Assembly (NCBI GenBank): GCA_002189035.1
Contig: CM007992.1
Location: 620,001-684,000, forward strand
DNA: 64,000 bases
Source of the DNA: Utricularia gibba
Lineage: Eukaryota; Plantae; Magnoliophyta
Reading direction: 5' to 3'
A model generated the notes under the pieces. The model ran no database searches, was not told the DNA's origin, and worked only from the letters and a program-made list of their open reading frames with translations. The stretch's first letter is position 1; each line of letters begins with the position of its first letter. The position numbers were made by a program, and so were the translations under genes. Positions 30,864 to 46,201 of the stretch are shown one piece after another.

Positions 30864-32136
30864 ATGAGGAGTTGGTGCGGATCACTTCAATCTTGGACTC
30901 ATCGCTTGATTCTCTGCATGGGGTCAGTTTTTCTTACATCTTTGTGTGTTTTTTTGTTCTCGATTGATCGATATCATTTGCATCTTTTTTATTGTAGCCC
31001 GTTTTCAGACAAGGTCTCATCTTTAATGTTATATTCATGCGTTGAGTTCTTCTAACTTCACAAGGAATTGAAACGTCGTTCCTAGGTTATGGAATGTTGA
31101 TTTTACTTCGATTGCAATGGCTCCTCTTTGCCATTCTGTGCACTGTGATTTTTTGTTTTATTAAGGCGGGTTTGCTTCAGCAACAGCAACGTGCTCAATG
31201 TATTAGCACTTTCTTAAAATGTTGGACCTTGACTATTTATAATTGCATCCTTAATTTGTTTAATCCGATACACTAATCGTCTTTTGGTGAAAATCCTAAT
31301 TTGCAACAGAGCAGAAGTTGTCTTGGATGTTGTACAAAGACGCCACATTTAACAACCGTAGATGGCCAATCTAGAGGACTTAAAAACAAAGCCAGCGTGT
31401 AAAGAAGCATACCGTTACTGAGGATTTTTGGAGCAACAGCTCCGGCAATATGGACAATAACACATTTCAGTCTCATAGATCTTTGTCATCAGTGAGCACT
31501 TCAAATCAGAACTTTGATTCTCAAACTAGCGCTAGCACTACAAGCAATACTCCTGAAATTATAAACCGTGGTAAGTGCTTTCTATATATTGAAAGCAAAC
31601 AACTTTCTCACTCCTTCTGGTATGACAAATTTAAGCCGTCGTCACTATTCACCTTTGGGTTTTGAAGGACTTCTACTCTGGAATCAAACGAGGCAACAAT
31701 GGCTTGGAACCAAAGGATCTGAAAAAAATGTTCGATCTAAGGAACCCAAGATAAGGTGAATTTTCATTTGTGCATGTCCAGTATGATACATTATCAGTGG
31801 TTATTACTCAAAATGAGTGCCAATAGACGTCTAGTTGTTGTTTATTTTCATTCACTGTTCCCAGATGATTCTCGTGATGCAGCTATCTGCAGTTTAGTAC
31901 TGAAATTTCATATATTTCTCATTACTGTCACATGATTTCTCAGTTGGAATGCCACATATGAGAGTTTGCTCAGTAGCAACAAACCCTTCGCCCGACCAAT
32001 ACCACTGGCGGTTAGTACAGTAGCAGAAAGTCTATTTTCTCGTTTCTCATGATACTGTTATGATGATTGACTCAACTTACAGGAGATGGTGGAGTTCCTA
32101 GTTGATGTATGGGAGCAAGAGGGTCTTTATGATTGA
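30864..32136 (+). CDS. DUF4050 (Gag1-like clamp) family protein, multi-exon; inferred 1-base gap at 31382-31386
   Basis: ...LILCMG|SCLGCCTK...EDFWSNS...MDNNTFQS...INRG|LLLWNQTRQQWLG...S|WNATYESLLSSNKPFARPIPLA|EMVEFLVDVWEQEGLYD*. Confidence 0.85.
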
Positions 32137-33411
32137 TTCAATGTGCAGAAATGAGTACCACGGTTACTCTCACAATTAAAAGCCTCCAACCCTTCTTTTT
32201 CCAAGAATGTCTTCACTCTGAGGCTCCCCCACACTCTGTGCTAGTTGTATCATGAGGGTTGCTTACTAAGAGAGCTTGATTCTGTTTGTTGAGACTTGGA
32301 TATGATTATCCGGTCAATGAATACTGAAATATTTTCGATGTTACGCTGTTAAAACTTCAGGTTGCTCGCCTGTTCATGCTCTACAGTTGTTGCAGCAACT
32401 TGATGACCGTGCCATGGTATTGAGGGAACTTCACACATTCAGGGTTGGGAACTCATTACTGTTATTGAGTAGTAGTGCAAGCAAGGAACATTGGTTTGTT
32501 GCTACATTTCCGTCTTCTTCAAGGGGCATCTAGGGCGGCTACAGATGCATGCACGAGATACTACAGTCCCCACAACATTCATTGCTTGGGTGGTTTCGTG
32601 GATAGGCTGTTGGATGAATATGCATGCTATAATTGTGGGGCGTCATGCCTACGTGTCATTTTCTCTTCTTCCCAGATTGATCACCCTTGATGTTGCTGAA
32701 TTTTACCCTGGTTCGCGTGATGGATTTTTCTCATATAATCTAAGGTTTACTCATACAAGGAGCTCTTGTTCTTGTGTAAGCCGCACTGGAACTTGGACAG
32801 GGCCTGGTTCTGGGTTGCGCCATTAAGACCTCTGGGCTATGCCCGATCTAGCAAAGGCCCGGATTCGTCTCTTTTGACTGGATCCGTGACCTGGATCCGA
32901 CGGCCATTGCTGACTCCGATATCAAGCTTCCATTTGACTGATTTGAACTCGTGTTCTATTCACTTTTTCTGGGTGGTGTGATCGGCGTTGATTTTTTTGT
33001 TCCTCAAGCACGCCCCCCCGTAAATCAAGAGTGGGACGCCGCCGTACAGTCATCTTTCTGCGTGATAACTTTCACGCGTGATCGCTGAGTACGGTTCATT
33101 TCATCTGTATTATTAGATCTTCAGCTGGTGTGTGAGATCTGCAGGTCCCCCGACAGTTTTCTTTTTCCGAAAAGCATACGCTTTTGGAGTGTTTTCCCTC
33201 ACAAAGTTTGTCCTTTCGTTTCGTTTGTTTAATTGCGACGCTGTTCTGTTTTGTTTATGGCATCGATTCTGTTTTTTTCTCCTGCAATATCGCTCTTGAT
33301 CAAATGGTTTCACTTCAGATTGATGGGTGCTAAAGGAGTAGGGTTTTCTGTAACTGAACATCTGGGTTTTCTTGTAATGCAGGTGTTACTAGGCATATCG
33401 GGGTAGTTTTC

Positions 33412-35313
33412 ATGGCGCCAAGTACGATTCGTAAGGCGATTGGGGCCGTGAAAGATCAGACGAGTATTGGGATCGCGAAAGTTGCCGGCAACTTAGCGCC
33501 GGAGCTGGAAGTCGCGGTAGTTAAAGCTACGAGCCATGATGATGATCCGGCCTCTGAAAAGTATATCAGGGAGATTCTTCACTTGACCTCGCAGTCCCGT
33601 GGATATGTGAGCGCTTGTGTCGTTACGGTGTCCAAGAGACTGGGGAAAACTCGTGATTGGATTGTTGCCCTCAAGTGCTTGATGCTGATCCATCGCTTGC
33701 TCAACGAGGGAGATGCTGTTTTCCAGCAGGAAATCCTGTATGCTACTAGGAGGGGGACCAGGCTATTGAATCTATCTGATTTCCGGGATGAAGCGCATTC
33801 TAGTTCCTGGGATCATTCCTCCTTCGTGCGGACGTATGCACTATACTTGGATCAAAGGCTTGAGATGATCATTCATGACAGGAAGCAGAGTGGAGCTGGA
33901 AATGACAATGATATGGTGAAGGGTGACAGGTTTAACCGCAGATCGCCACAAGGGTCTAACCGGGGGTATGATTATGACAATAATGAATTTCGTGACGAGC
34001 CTTTTTCTGGAGTTCGCAGGTCAAGATCCTATGGTGATGTGGGAGACTCTGTTCAAGAGAGGAAAGATGTTACTCCTCTCAGGGAAATGAAACCAGATAG
34101 AATGCTGGGGAAGATTTCACAGTTGCAGAGGCTAATGGACAGGTTTTTGTCTTGTCGGCCTACCGGGTTAGCGAAGAACGAAAGGATGATTCTTGTTGCA
34201 TTGTACCTTATTTTGAAGGAGAGTTTCGAGCTCTATGCCAATGTATGTGAGGTTTTGGCAGTGCTTCTGGACAAGTTCTTTGACATGGAGTATCCAGATT
34301 GTGTAAAGACATATGATGCATATACCGCCTCTGCGAAGCAAATTGATGAGCTAGTGGGTTTCTACAATTGGTGCAAGGATATTGGTGTTGCTAGGTCGTC
34401 GGAGTATCCGGAAGTGCAGAAGATTTCCGGCCAGTTGTTGGGCACGTTGGAGGATTTCGTCAGGGATAGATCTAAGGCCATGAAGAGTCCAGAGAGAAAG
34501 GCGGAGGCTCAGCCACCCAGGGAGGAGGATGCTTCCGAAAATATGAACGGGATCAAGGCTTTGCCCCCGCCGGAAAACATCCCCGCTCCCCAGTCAGAAC
34601 CTCATCCCAAGACCCCGAAATCTGCAGTACAGGAGACCAGGGATTTGGTGGATTTGAGAGAAGATGGAATCGCCCCTGATGATCAAGGCAACAAATTTGC
34701 GTTGGCATTGTTTGCCGCACCAGTGGCCAAGAACGGAAATGGTTCCTGGGAAGCATTCCAATCAAATGGAGAACCAGAGGTGACTTCCGCCTGGCAGAAT
34801 CCAGCTGCCGAGGCCGGCAAGGCTGACTGGGAACTGGCTCTCGTAGAGTCCGCCAGCCATCTTTCCCAACAAAAAGCCACCATGGGTGGTGGGCTCGATC
34901 CACTGCTACTGAACGGCATGTATGACCAGGGTACCATCCGGCAGCACGCCGGCAGCGCTAGCAGCGTCGTCCTTCCTGGCGTTGGAGCAAGCAAAACTCC
35001 AGTTCTTGCTCTCCCAGCTCCAGATGGAACAATTCAGGCTGTTGGGCAAGACCCTTTTGCTGCATCGTTGAGCGTACCGCCGCCCTCCTACGTGCAGATG
35101 GCAGACATGGAGAAGAAGCAGCATTTGCTGGTGCAGGAGCATGCGGTGTGGCAACAGTACGCAATGGGGGGCATGCAAGGCCAAGGCAGTCTGGGCAGGA
35201 TCAGCGCCGGTGGGTATTACGCGCCGCCCGGTGCACAGCCTTACGTAATGCCTCCGGTGACCGGAATGGGATTCCCTCCTGCTCCCGGGAACCACTACAC
35301 TACTCCGTACTGA
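33412..35313 (+). CDS. ANTH-domain clathrin assembly protein (PICALM-like), intronless CDS
   Basis: 633-aa ORF: IRKAIGAVKDQTSIGIAKV...VVKATSHDDDP...RLGKTRDWIVALKCLMLIHRLL. C-terminal DPF and WELALVE motifs. Confidence 0.95.
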   Translation: MAPSTIRKAIGAVKDQTSIGIAKVAGNLAPELEVAVVKATSHDDDPASEKYIREILHLTSQSRGYVSACVVTVSKRLGKTRDWIVALKCLMLIHRLLNEGDAVFQQEILYATRRGTRLLNLSDFRDEAHSSSWDHSSFVRTYALYLDQRLEMIIHDRKQSGAGNDNDMVKGDRFNRRSPQGSNRGYDYDNNEFRDEPFSGVRRSRSYGDVGDSVQERKDVTPLREMKPDRMLGKISQLQRLMDRFLSCRPTGLAKNERMILVALYLILKESFELYANVCEVLAVLLDKFFDMEYPDCVKTYDAYTASAKQIDELVGFYNWCKDIGVARSSEYPEVQKISGQLLGTLEDFVRDRSKAMKSPERKAEAQPPREEDASENMNGIKALPPPENIPAPQSEPHPKTPKSAVQETRDLVDLREDGIAPDDQGNKFALALFAAPVAKNGNGSWEAFQSNGEPEVTSAWQNPAAEAGKADWELALVESASHLSQQKATMGGGLDPLLLNGMYDQGTIRQHAGSASSVVLPGVGASKTPVLALPAPDGTIQAVGQDPFAASLSVPPPSYVQMADMEKKQHLLVQEHAVWQQYAMGGMQGQGSLGRISAGGYYAPPGAQPYVMPPVTGMGFPPAPGNHYTTPY

Positions 35314-35880
35314 TACCCATCTCTTCATCCCATACTATTATTACTGAGCAGAAAGGATCAGCGACTCCGGGAAGAGATGTCTCACAGCAGGAGCGGTTTA
35401 ATTTGAGAAAATATAATTCTTTTTTATCATGTGTTTATGCGATTAAAAAAAGGAAATTGCATCAAAAAATTTAATATTTTAGTAAAATGGATATTCATTT
35501 TTAATATAAATCACGTATTTTATTTTTGATAAAATCAATTTCCAAAAGTTTACTTATTAAATACAATTAATTTCTAAAATTTTATTATTTTTAATTATAT
35601 TTATAATAAAAATGTAACATATTTTTTAAAAAAGAAATCGGCTAATTATTTTAGCTGAATTTTCAAATTTTAGTTTTCTATAAATTTTTTTGAATTCAAT
35701 TTAATCGAACGTCACAATCATTATGATGATAACACAAAACAGTAATCATAATCATCATCATATTTTTATTGCGTGGATCTTGGTCTCGCTCGTATCACTC
35801 CCAATTATATTGCGGCACCTGTACTCCACTTTGCATATTTTTATTGAGAATTATTTGGAGTTATTTTTTTATCCATAAGT

Positions 35881-36331
35881 AGGGTTTGATCGAGACGATT
35901 TTATTTTGTAATATTTATAAAAAAATTGATGATAATTCTGCAAATAGTTTTAAATTCATAATTTGTTGAGTTTTTAATTTATTTTTAAATTGATACGAAG
36001 ATATTTTAAAGTTACATAAAATTTAATTTTACTCTCATAGGATCAATAAAATGTAATAGATGTAAAATCAATAAAAAATAATTATAATATAGAAAAAAAT
36101 GATTATAAAAATAAAAAATATATGTTTTTCAACGATACAAAATAATTTATAAAAAATTATATAAATTCTTATTAAAAACATAAGAATTCAAAAAACATAT
36201 TCCATAAGAAAAAATCTATTTTTGTTTTAAAAAATAATACAAAATAATTTTAATTTCACCGCTTTTTTATTTACAAATAAAAAACAAGTTATAAATAAAT
36301 AAATTAATTCTCATAATCTCGAACCAAACAG
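35881..36331. mobile_element. Possible decayed MITE occupying an AT-rich spacer
   Basis: Left GGGTTTGATCGAGA versus reverse complement of right end CTGTTTGGTTCGAGA. Interior almost entirely A/T; no clean TSD. Confidence 0.35.
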
Positions 36332-37662
36332 AAATTCCAATTTCCATTGGCAATTATCGCAAAGGCGGGGAAGATCAATTATTGAATCAACCCTGTGTGT
36401 CCATTATTTTAATTAATTAAAAAATTATGTTGAAATATATCGAGCAACGTGCCACGAAAATATCCACACAAAATTTATTAAAATGCATTCGGGATCTCCC
36501 ATTCCATTATCTATTTTTTTATGATTAAAAAATATAATTTCCATGTGTCCGTACAGACAACATACTCTTTCCGCCAGAATGTATTGCCGATGCGGGACCC
36601 ACAGTGATGAGTAGAATTATTAATTAATTATTGCGGAAAACTGCATCTACATGTGTGTAAATTTGTTACTATGTTTTGATTTACACCATATTAAATATGA
36701 TTATTATTAATTTATATTAAATTGAATTTATCACTAATATTAATAAAATAAATATGATTATTTATTTATTGTATATTTGTAAAATGCTATTGTATAATTA
36801 ATTAAATTTGTTTAATACAATAGTGTTGTGATCGAAAATCAACAAGAGTGCGAAGATCGATTTTTGGATTAGGGATACAGAAGAACGTGTCCTATCCGAT
36901 TTAGATTCTAATGAGTTGAGTGCTGTGATGCGATCGAAAGAAATGAAAAGGAAGTGTTAACATGGAAATCGCATGAGAATGAAAAAACCATGAAATTATT
37001 GAAGCTCATCGGAAAATGACTTCACTAGATGGAGATAAATAAAAATTCAAATTAATGGACTTGGATTTCAAACTCTTTCTTTTCGAAGTTTCTTATATTT
37101 ATAAAAAAGACTAACATGATTGAATTTTGAATTTTATAGATGTCATTTATTTTTTGTGCCTGTTATTTGTACTATTATCTTACATTTGGATAACCATTAT
37201 ATCATTACCGTATTCGGTTACTTTTTAGATTGTCTAAAACGGCCACTACTGACAAATTATGATACTTATTGATATATTTAGACTCCATCAAATAGTTAAT
37301 TAGCTGTGATCAATTGACCGTTTTTTGAAGTTTGAAAAATAACCTGCAAGTTCGGTGACACGGCGAATTGTCATGGACACGTGAGTGTAAAATGACAGTG
37401 GGTCAGCCTTTGCGACTGCTCTTGTAATCGAATCATCCACCACGAAGTTTTGTCAATCATTTGTGGTGGCTGCCTTTTCTTTCTCTTCTTCTTCCTACTT
37501 GTGGGTTGTCCATATATGTTAGTTTTTTCTCCCCTTCAGGTTTCTTTACGTGGGAGAACATCTTCTTGACTGGTGCTTTCCCTCGATAAAGGGTTTTCAG
37601 GAGAGCCCATTTCGGATTTCATCTAAAGTTGGAGGCTTTCTGACACTTCATTCTCTATTTCG

Positions 37663-40237
37663 ATGGCGGCATGTTTCCAAAAGCTGAACGCTTTTGCACC
37701 TTTTTTCACAGTTGTTTGGGGCTTTTTGTTGGCATCGATTTATGTTTCTGCTGAGCGAAGCCTGTTGCGGGAGTCTTCCATTCCTTGGACCCCTGAATCT
37801 GATAATCCTGATATGCTATCTGCGGTTTTCAATTTTCTATGGCGCGCTGATGATTCTGGCTACCACCACTACTGGCCTGTGAGTCATCTTCTCTGAAATC
37901 TGCTGCTCTGATTTCTAAAATCCATCACTCACTTCATTTCTCCATTCATTCTCTGCGTACTTAACAATCTGTCCTAATCATCTTATCTGTATGGGGTTGG
38001 TTGGATCGCCATGAAGCATTCATGGCTGTTGTGAATAATTCTTCCATGTAGCCTTAGTGACATAACATGTATGGGACAGCCTTTTGTTTATTTAAAATTC
38101 ATGAGCAAGTGGACATGTTCTTTAACTTTACTACAAGTAAATGTTGTCTTTAGAGTTCATCTTGAATCTGATGATGTGTATGCACTGCTGGGCCATGGAA
38201 CAGAGTGTGCTTTAAGCTTTTTTTTCCTCTGAAATGATCTGAACTTCAGGATTTGGAGTTCAATTGGAAATTAGTTGTTGGTAGCATCATTGGATTCCTC
38301 GGAGCTGCGTTTGGTAGCGTTGGAGGTGTTGGTGGAGGTGGGATATTTGTTCCTATGCTTACTTTGATCATCGGTTTCGATGCGAAATCGGCTACCGCAA
38401 TCTCGAAATGTAAGAATAGCTATTTCAAGCATCATTAGATTACCGAGTTTGATGAGAATAAGAGGAGAATGAATCCATGAATGGCCTCACAGGTATGATC
38501 ATGGGAGCTGCAGCCTCAACTGTTTACTACAACCTCAAACTCCGGCATCCCACTCTTGACATGCCGGTTATCGACTACGATTTGGCAGTGCTGATTCAGC
38601 CAATGCTCATGCTTGGCATCAGTATTGGAGTTACTTTCAACGTTGTTTTTGCAGACTGGATGGTCACAGTGCTCCTCATCGTGTTATTCTTAGGTGATCT
38701 TCGTTGTCAGCTGGCTCTGTTATTCTTTCAAATGTACTGATCTGGTATAGCTTTTTCCTCAGTTACATCAACCAGGGCCTTCCTGAAAGGACTTGAAACA
38801 TGGAACAAAGAAACAATCTTGAAACAGGTCAGCAAAACTACTTAAAACTTCTTTACGAGATGTTTTCAAGCCTGTCTTTTGAAGTAAAACGAGAATACTT
38901 CCTTCCTGCAGGAGGCTGCAAAGCGTTTACAATTGAATGGTTAGTCAATGGGGATTCCTCCTTTTCTGATTACCAAAGAGAGGCTTCTCTTTTTTAACTG
39001 TGTTATCCTGTCTCAGGAGAAGAGAAGGAAGTAGAGTACAAACTTCTCCCTGGTGGACCGAGCAGTGGCACCAAGAATGCGGCTAATGATGTGGAAGAAC
39101 GAGAGGTGGGAAGCACTGAACTCTCGAACTCTTTCTAGCGACTTTGATTTCAGTCAAACGCAGCTATTGATCTCAGGCCAGTATTCTTAACAACGTGAGT
39201 TGGAAGGATGTTGGGCTTCTGGTTTTCGTCTGGATTGCATTTCTCATCCTGCAGATCATCAAGGTTTGCCTGCCCCCAACTCTCCCATGTTTCCCATTTG
39301 AGTTCTTTGCCTCACATTCGGTGTACACAGAACTACACTCCCACCTGTTCTGGAAGGTTCTGGCTAGTGAACTTGCTTCAGGTATGTGTGATGTTCAAGA
39401 TTCCATCTTCTTCCTCGTGAATCTCTCATTCTTATAGAACTTCTCCGGTGTTGCCGGAAGATCCCCGTTTCACTGGGCGTCTTCGGGTATGAAGCTGTTG
39501 GGCTGTACATGGGATGGAAGAAAATAGCTTCAAAGGCGGACAGTGGCACTAACTTGAGAGTTCCTCAGCTCCTCGTCTATGGCTTCTTTGGCATGCTCGC
39601 CGGCATCGTTGGCGGCCTCCTCGGCCTCGGCGGTGGATTCATCATGGGACCTCTGTTTCTTGAACTGGGTGTTCCTCCTCAGGTACCAAGACTTCTCCTT
39701 TCATCGGATTCCATTTAAAACTGGTTGGTTCAGTAAAGAGATCCTGCTGATTTCAAGGTTTCGAGCGCGACGGCGACCTTCGCGATGATGTTCTCCTCTT
39801 CCATGTCTGTGGTGGAGTACTACCTTCTGAAGCGTTTCCCGGTCCCGTACGGTATGGACATCGAACATCACTCCTTTCAATCAGCTTGCTAAATCAATCC
39901 AACTCTCGACCTTTCCACGCGGCAGCTGCTTACCTTCTCGTGGTGGCGACCATCGCCGCCGTCGTGGGACAGCACGGCGTCCGACGGCTGATCATCGCAA
40001 TGGGACGGGCGTCGATCATCATCTTCATCTTGGCCTTCACCATCTTCGTCAGCGCCATTTCTCTAGGTAAGCCATGGCGCAGACGAACTTACCGCACACA
40101 GCCCGCTGCCGCCTGAACTGACCCGTCCCCTTCTTGCCTTGTTCCGAGCAGGTGGAGTCGGAATCTCCAACATGATCGGGAAGCTGGAGCGGCACGAGTA
40201 CATGGGATTCGAGAATCTCTGCAACTATAAACCGTGA
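37663..40237 (+). CDS. Sulfite exporter TauE/SafE family membrane protein (multi-exon)
   Basis: [90 protein letters not shown]. Ends [12 protein letters not shown]. Confidence 0.93.
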
Positions 40238-42456
40238 AACAATCCATTCTCCGTCCCCAGAACCGCCATCGCCGGCCGCCCTGAGGAAGTTTTGAGTACT
40301 GGTATCTTCTTTCGTAAAAGAACGCAAAAGTACACTACTCTTCGTCGTCATCAAACTACTTCTACGTGTCTCAATAAGGACGGTTCAACGTCACGAGCGT
40401 GTCCCCCGTTACGCGTCCCGGTCCGTGTCATCTCCCTGGGCGGTCGGGTGGATGGACCGGGGGACTCCTTTTGAGTTGATCTGAGTGGAATTCCAAGTAG
40501 GCTACTAATATTGCAGCCGGCTTGTTACTCGCTCAAAACCTTGTTTAGTTTTCGTCCCGTTATTTGGTTTAGTTCGATTTTGATATTAAATGTTACGAAT
40601 TATATTCTTTTGTATAAGACATTTTTGTTTTTAATATCTAAATTTTTATAATTTAATATTATTTTAAATACAAATTTAAAAAATATACGTCTCAAATATA
40701 GTCATAATTAATTGAGCTGTATAATTAAAAACATTCCCATATTTCATTTTCCCTATTTTTTTTTAAAAAATAATAATAATATTATTATTATTTAATTAAC
40801 CTGAGAAAAATGATGAGGTCTGGAGAGAAAAATTCCCCACGCTTTCAAAAAAGCGCTGATGTGGCCACCGTGTTTTCATCTTCCCTCTCCCTATTTAATT
40901 AATCATTTCTTTTTTTATACCAAAAAAAGTACAAAATGCAAGGCCCCACCCCCAACCGCTATTTTGTTGTTTTCCCAATCAGTTGGAGTTGAACCAAAAA
41001 ATATATTTTTTTTTCAAAAAAAGAAAAATTAAATAACCCCCAAATGCTGCATTTTGCAAAATATATTCTGAAATATTCCATTTTTAGATCATTATTAAAT
41101 AAAATATCACGAAATACGCCATTTTTACATGATTTTATTAATTTTAGACATATAATCTAATAATTTTACATTTTTCTATTTTGATAAAAGTTATCACATA
41201 AAATTAGAATAGTGAATTCTTAATGTGGTATACTGTCTTTATATCTCTTTATTATAAAAAAAAAATAGAATATTTCATATAAATAAGTATATATATTCGA
41301 TACACAAGTTTTATGAATATACATTAAAATTAATGTTACATTTAGTAAATATTTCGAAATAATAAAGTTTTAAAAAATATAATTGAACAGATTACATAAT
41401 TATTTTATGTATATATTAAATAATATATTAGTTTCATGATATAGTTGTTGGGAGATATAAATGAATATATTAAATACGATTTTAATAGAAATTCAATTTT
41501 AAATTTCATAAAAACTCCGTTTACAAAAATGCGTACTGCTGTAGACAATGAATGACGTGAAAGGTGTGGTCACTACTGGGTTTTACCAACTAGCAAGTTG
41601 CTAATGGAATCAATGCAGTTGGATCTAGACGAGGAGACGCTTCTGTTTCTGTGAGTTAAAAAAACTGTTTGACCAGCGGGGGTGGGTGTTTATTGGAATG
41701 GGTGCTAGTTTGAAGCAAAGATTTGGGAATGGTGGGCTTTTTTCTTTATCTTTTTTGGTTGTGGTTATGGAGAATGTGGTGATGCAGGGAGGAGGAAAGG
41801 AGGAGAGGGGAGTACTGTACAAGGTTCTCCTACACTCGCCCACGCGCATAGCCATTTACAAGTGTTGAGTAGACACACAACCCACGGATAAAGACACATG
41901 AGTTTGTCTTGATCTCCCCTCTCTCTATTTCTATTGAGGAGCATTTCGTTTCTATGTTCCTCCAGCTCCTTTCTCTCAAGCCCCTTCTTTGGAAGATTCT
42001 TGGAGAGCAAAGGAAGAAAGGGGGGTGCTGTTTGGGTGAGGATTTTGCCTTGAACCCTAGTCTGTTGGTTTTTCTGATGGGGGTTGTGTGGGTTAGATTT
42101 GCTGCTTTAGCCTCCAAGTTCGTGTCTTTATTTGATTTTAGCATCTGGGTGTGAAGGAGAACTCCAGAAGCGCAGTGCAGGGAGCTTGTTTTTGACTTTT
42201 TTTGGTTTTCTTTTGATTTATCTCACGAGATCTGATCATGGGTTTTTTTTTTTTGAACAAGTATTTGGATTTGTTGGCTTATTTGCATTTCTTAAGAGGA
42301 GTGCAAGCTGCTAAAATCTGGGAAGAAATTTTTCAGTCTTCATCTTTCACTGTTGGGAGTGAGCTCTTCGTTGTCTGTTCATTGGCCTCCTGATGGTATA
42401 AGAGCATTTTTTTTTCTGTTTCAGGGCTTGAGGCTTTCTGTGCCCATCTTTAGATC

Positions 42457-43569
42457 ATGCTGAGGAAGAGAAGCAGATCATTTCAGAAAGATCAAAAGAT
42501 GGGTGTATCAGAGCCTCATTTTTTAACTGATGTTTTGAACAAGAAGCATGATTACACCTCTATCCTTAAGGTACCTGGCTTGTTTGTGGGGTTCAATACC
42601 AAGTATTCTGAATCAGATTCAGTTAGAAGTCCCACTTCTCCCTTGGATTTCCGGATCTTTTCAAGCCGTGGCAACTCATTTCGGCATCCGAGGTCCGAAA
42701 ACGATACTTATCTAAAGAGCTTGGATTGTGGGAAGGTAGGCTTGAGGCTCGTAGATTCTCTTGATCGTGGAAATAAGCCATCTGGGGCTAGCAGCAGCAT
42801 GTTTTATGATAACAAGAACATTTTTTTCGGCCGGCAAATGACTGTGAGAGGTTACAACTTCGATATCCAAGTTAGTACTCCTGAGCTGCCGAACTCCCTG
42901 CCTGAATACGTTGCTACCTTGCCTAGTTCTGCTGCAAAAACATCAGAAATCCAAAAGAGCGATTCTGGTGTTGTTTTTGAGATAGGAGAAGTTGCATCTG
43001 GAACTAGACCAACCTCAATGCTTTCGGAGTCTACGCGATTCGGAGGAAGGGATTGTCTGTATGAGGGAATGCAGACCCCAGTTCAGTCTGAAGCTGGCTT
43101 TATTTGTTCAGTCCCCGCTAGTGAAATAGAACTCTCTGAAGATTATACTTGCGTTAGAAAACATGGCCCCAATCCAAAAGTTACTCATATCTTTGGTGAC
43201 TGCATTTTCGATTTGCATGATCACAATACCATGGTGAACTGTAAAGACCACGATGTTATCATGACAGGTGATATGGATACCAAGCCTCAACTTCTTGAGC
43301 CATATCCATTCGATGACTTCTTGAAAGTTTGCCATGCCTGCAAGAAGAAGCTGGATGGAGAGGATGTTTACCTGTACAGGTTAGCCTGCATCACAAAGCA
43401 CAACTTGTTTTCCAAAGGGAATGAATAACCTGTTTCTTTGTTTCTCTTCTTCTTCTTCCTCAGAGGCGAGATTGGATTCTGTAGTAACAGCTGCCGTTCG
43501 GAGGCCATGGCGTTGGATGAAGATGTCGAGAATGAGGAGATAGATTTCTTCGAGAATCCAAAGAAATAA
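42457..43569 (+). CDS. FLZ: FCS-like zinc finger protein (DUF581, FLZ10-like), intron about 43380-43463
   Basis: SPTSPLD, VGLRLVDSL, EIELSEDYTCVRKHGPNPKVTHIFGDC, FLKVCHACKKKL...LYR|GEIGFCSNSCR. Confidence 0.92.
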
Positions 43570-43914
43570 CCAAGAGATTGGTGATGAATAACCTGTGATG
43601 CCAGGACTGATGAAGACGGTAACATTAGGGAGTTGAAACTCTGGTTCTTCTGGTTACAAGAGCTGTTTTTTCTCTCACGTTTGCGGCCTTGTAATAAGAA
43701 CAGAGACAACTTATTTGGATGCTGTGCATCTCTTGTTTGACCAGTAAAATCCATATGATGATCGAAGTTTGGGAGATGAACATTACTGAAATAAAGACAT
43801 TTTTACCAACTCCAAACAAGTGCAATGCAGAATACATTGAAAGCACAGGTCTTTCTTCCAATTTTCAAAATCCACAGAAAAGCAGGAAACAAGAAAAGTG
43901 AGATGGATCACAGT

Positions 43915-45046
<1,132 letters not shown>

Positions 45047-45109
45047 GACGCGATTCGTTGAGCCGCGCTGATGAAGTTCCTGGTTGAGGCAGCGAATTTG
45101 TATATGGGT

Positions 45110-45141
45110 GGGGGGGGGGGGGGGGGGCAGCACTAGGGTTT
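45110..45141. promoter_or_regulatory. Poly-G(18) tract and telo-box upstream of RPL11
   Basis: G run 45110-45127. TAGGGTTT at 45134-45141; telo-boxes are typical of ribosomal protein promoters. Confidence 0.6.
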
Positions 45142-46201
45142 CTCACAGAGCAAACACGATTTGAAATGTCTAATATACCCCCACAATTCTTATTTATTTA
45201 AAATATTTATATTTAAAAATATTATGTTTATTGAATATATTAAAAGTAAATGAAAAAAAGTTAATTTATTTAATTAATACAATTATTGCTTAAAAATCAC
45301 TATTTAATTATCATTACGGTAGTATTTGAATTAAATTCAAATCGTTTTAAAATAGAAAGTGAATAAATTATAATTTAATTACAATTCTATCAAAATTTAA
45401 TTCACTTTTTTTTAAAAAAAACGAACAATTTAATCATATTCAAAACATTCAAATTACGAATCAACTATGTGAACAATAGTTATTAGAAATCTTATGTTAT
45501 GATGTGATTTTCAATACACATATGTTAAAACAAATACTCGGTAAGTATATTAATATTTTATTTTTTAAAAAATATTTTCATTTTAATATGTCATTATATT
45601 ATTATCCATTTTCAAATGAAATTCATTTTTGGAGTATTCTTTTTTTTGGCCGTGGGCTCAAATTTAGGAAACTCTGGGTGCGACATTGGAGAAGGAAAGA
45701 AAGTAGAAGGACCTGCGGAAGAAACACGTTGCGTTATCCCCTGCACCACTCGACCACGCCTCCATATCCCGTGGTCGGGGGCGTTGCGCTGCGCATCTAT
45801 CTCCATTTTTTACCAACTGTTGCACTGCTGATTCTTGCGATCCTTTCGGCATTGTTGAAACCCTAAAAAGTTCCATACTTGTGGTATTTTGGTATTCATG
45901 TAACCCGTGTTTCCTTTTTCTTGGATACATTTGCGGATTCACGGTGATATTGGTTTTGTAAGGATTAGCTGGACGGTTTTTTTTTCTCTGAAGTTTTTGT
46001 GAAAGTTCGTTTTTTTGTTGGCTTGGTTTTGGATCCATATTGTGATAAAATTCGGATAATTCGTGACGTTTGTTGATCGATTCGTTTTTGGGTTGGGGCT
46101 TGGTCATTTTTGGATTTTGGGGGATCCATTTGTTGGACGTGAGTTGGGGTTTGTTCATTACTTTGCTTCTCTGACGTTTTCTATTCGAGTGAAATTGGAA
46201 G

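Noticed and set aside
32200-32980. Short ORFs and weak inverted repeats downstream of the DUF4050 gene
   Set aside because: No family match and only 6-8 bp stems; most simply 3' UTR or intergenic sequence.
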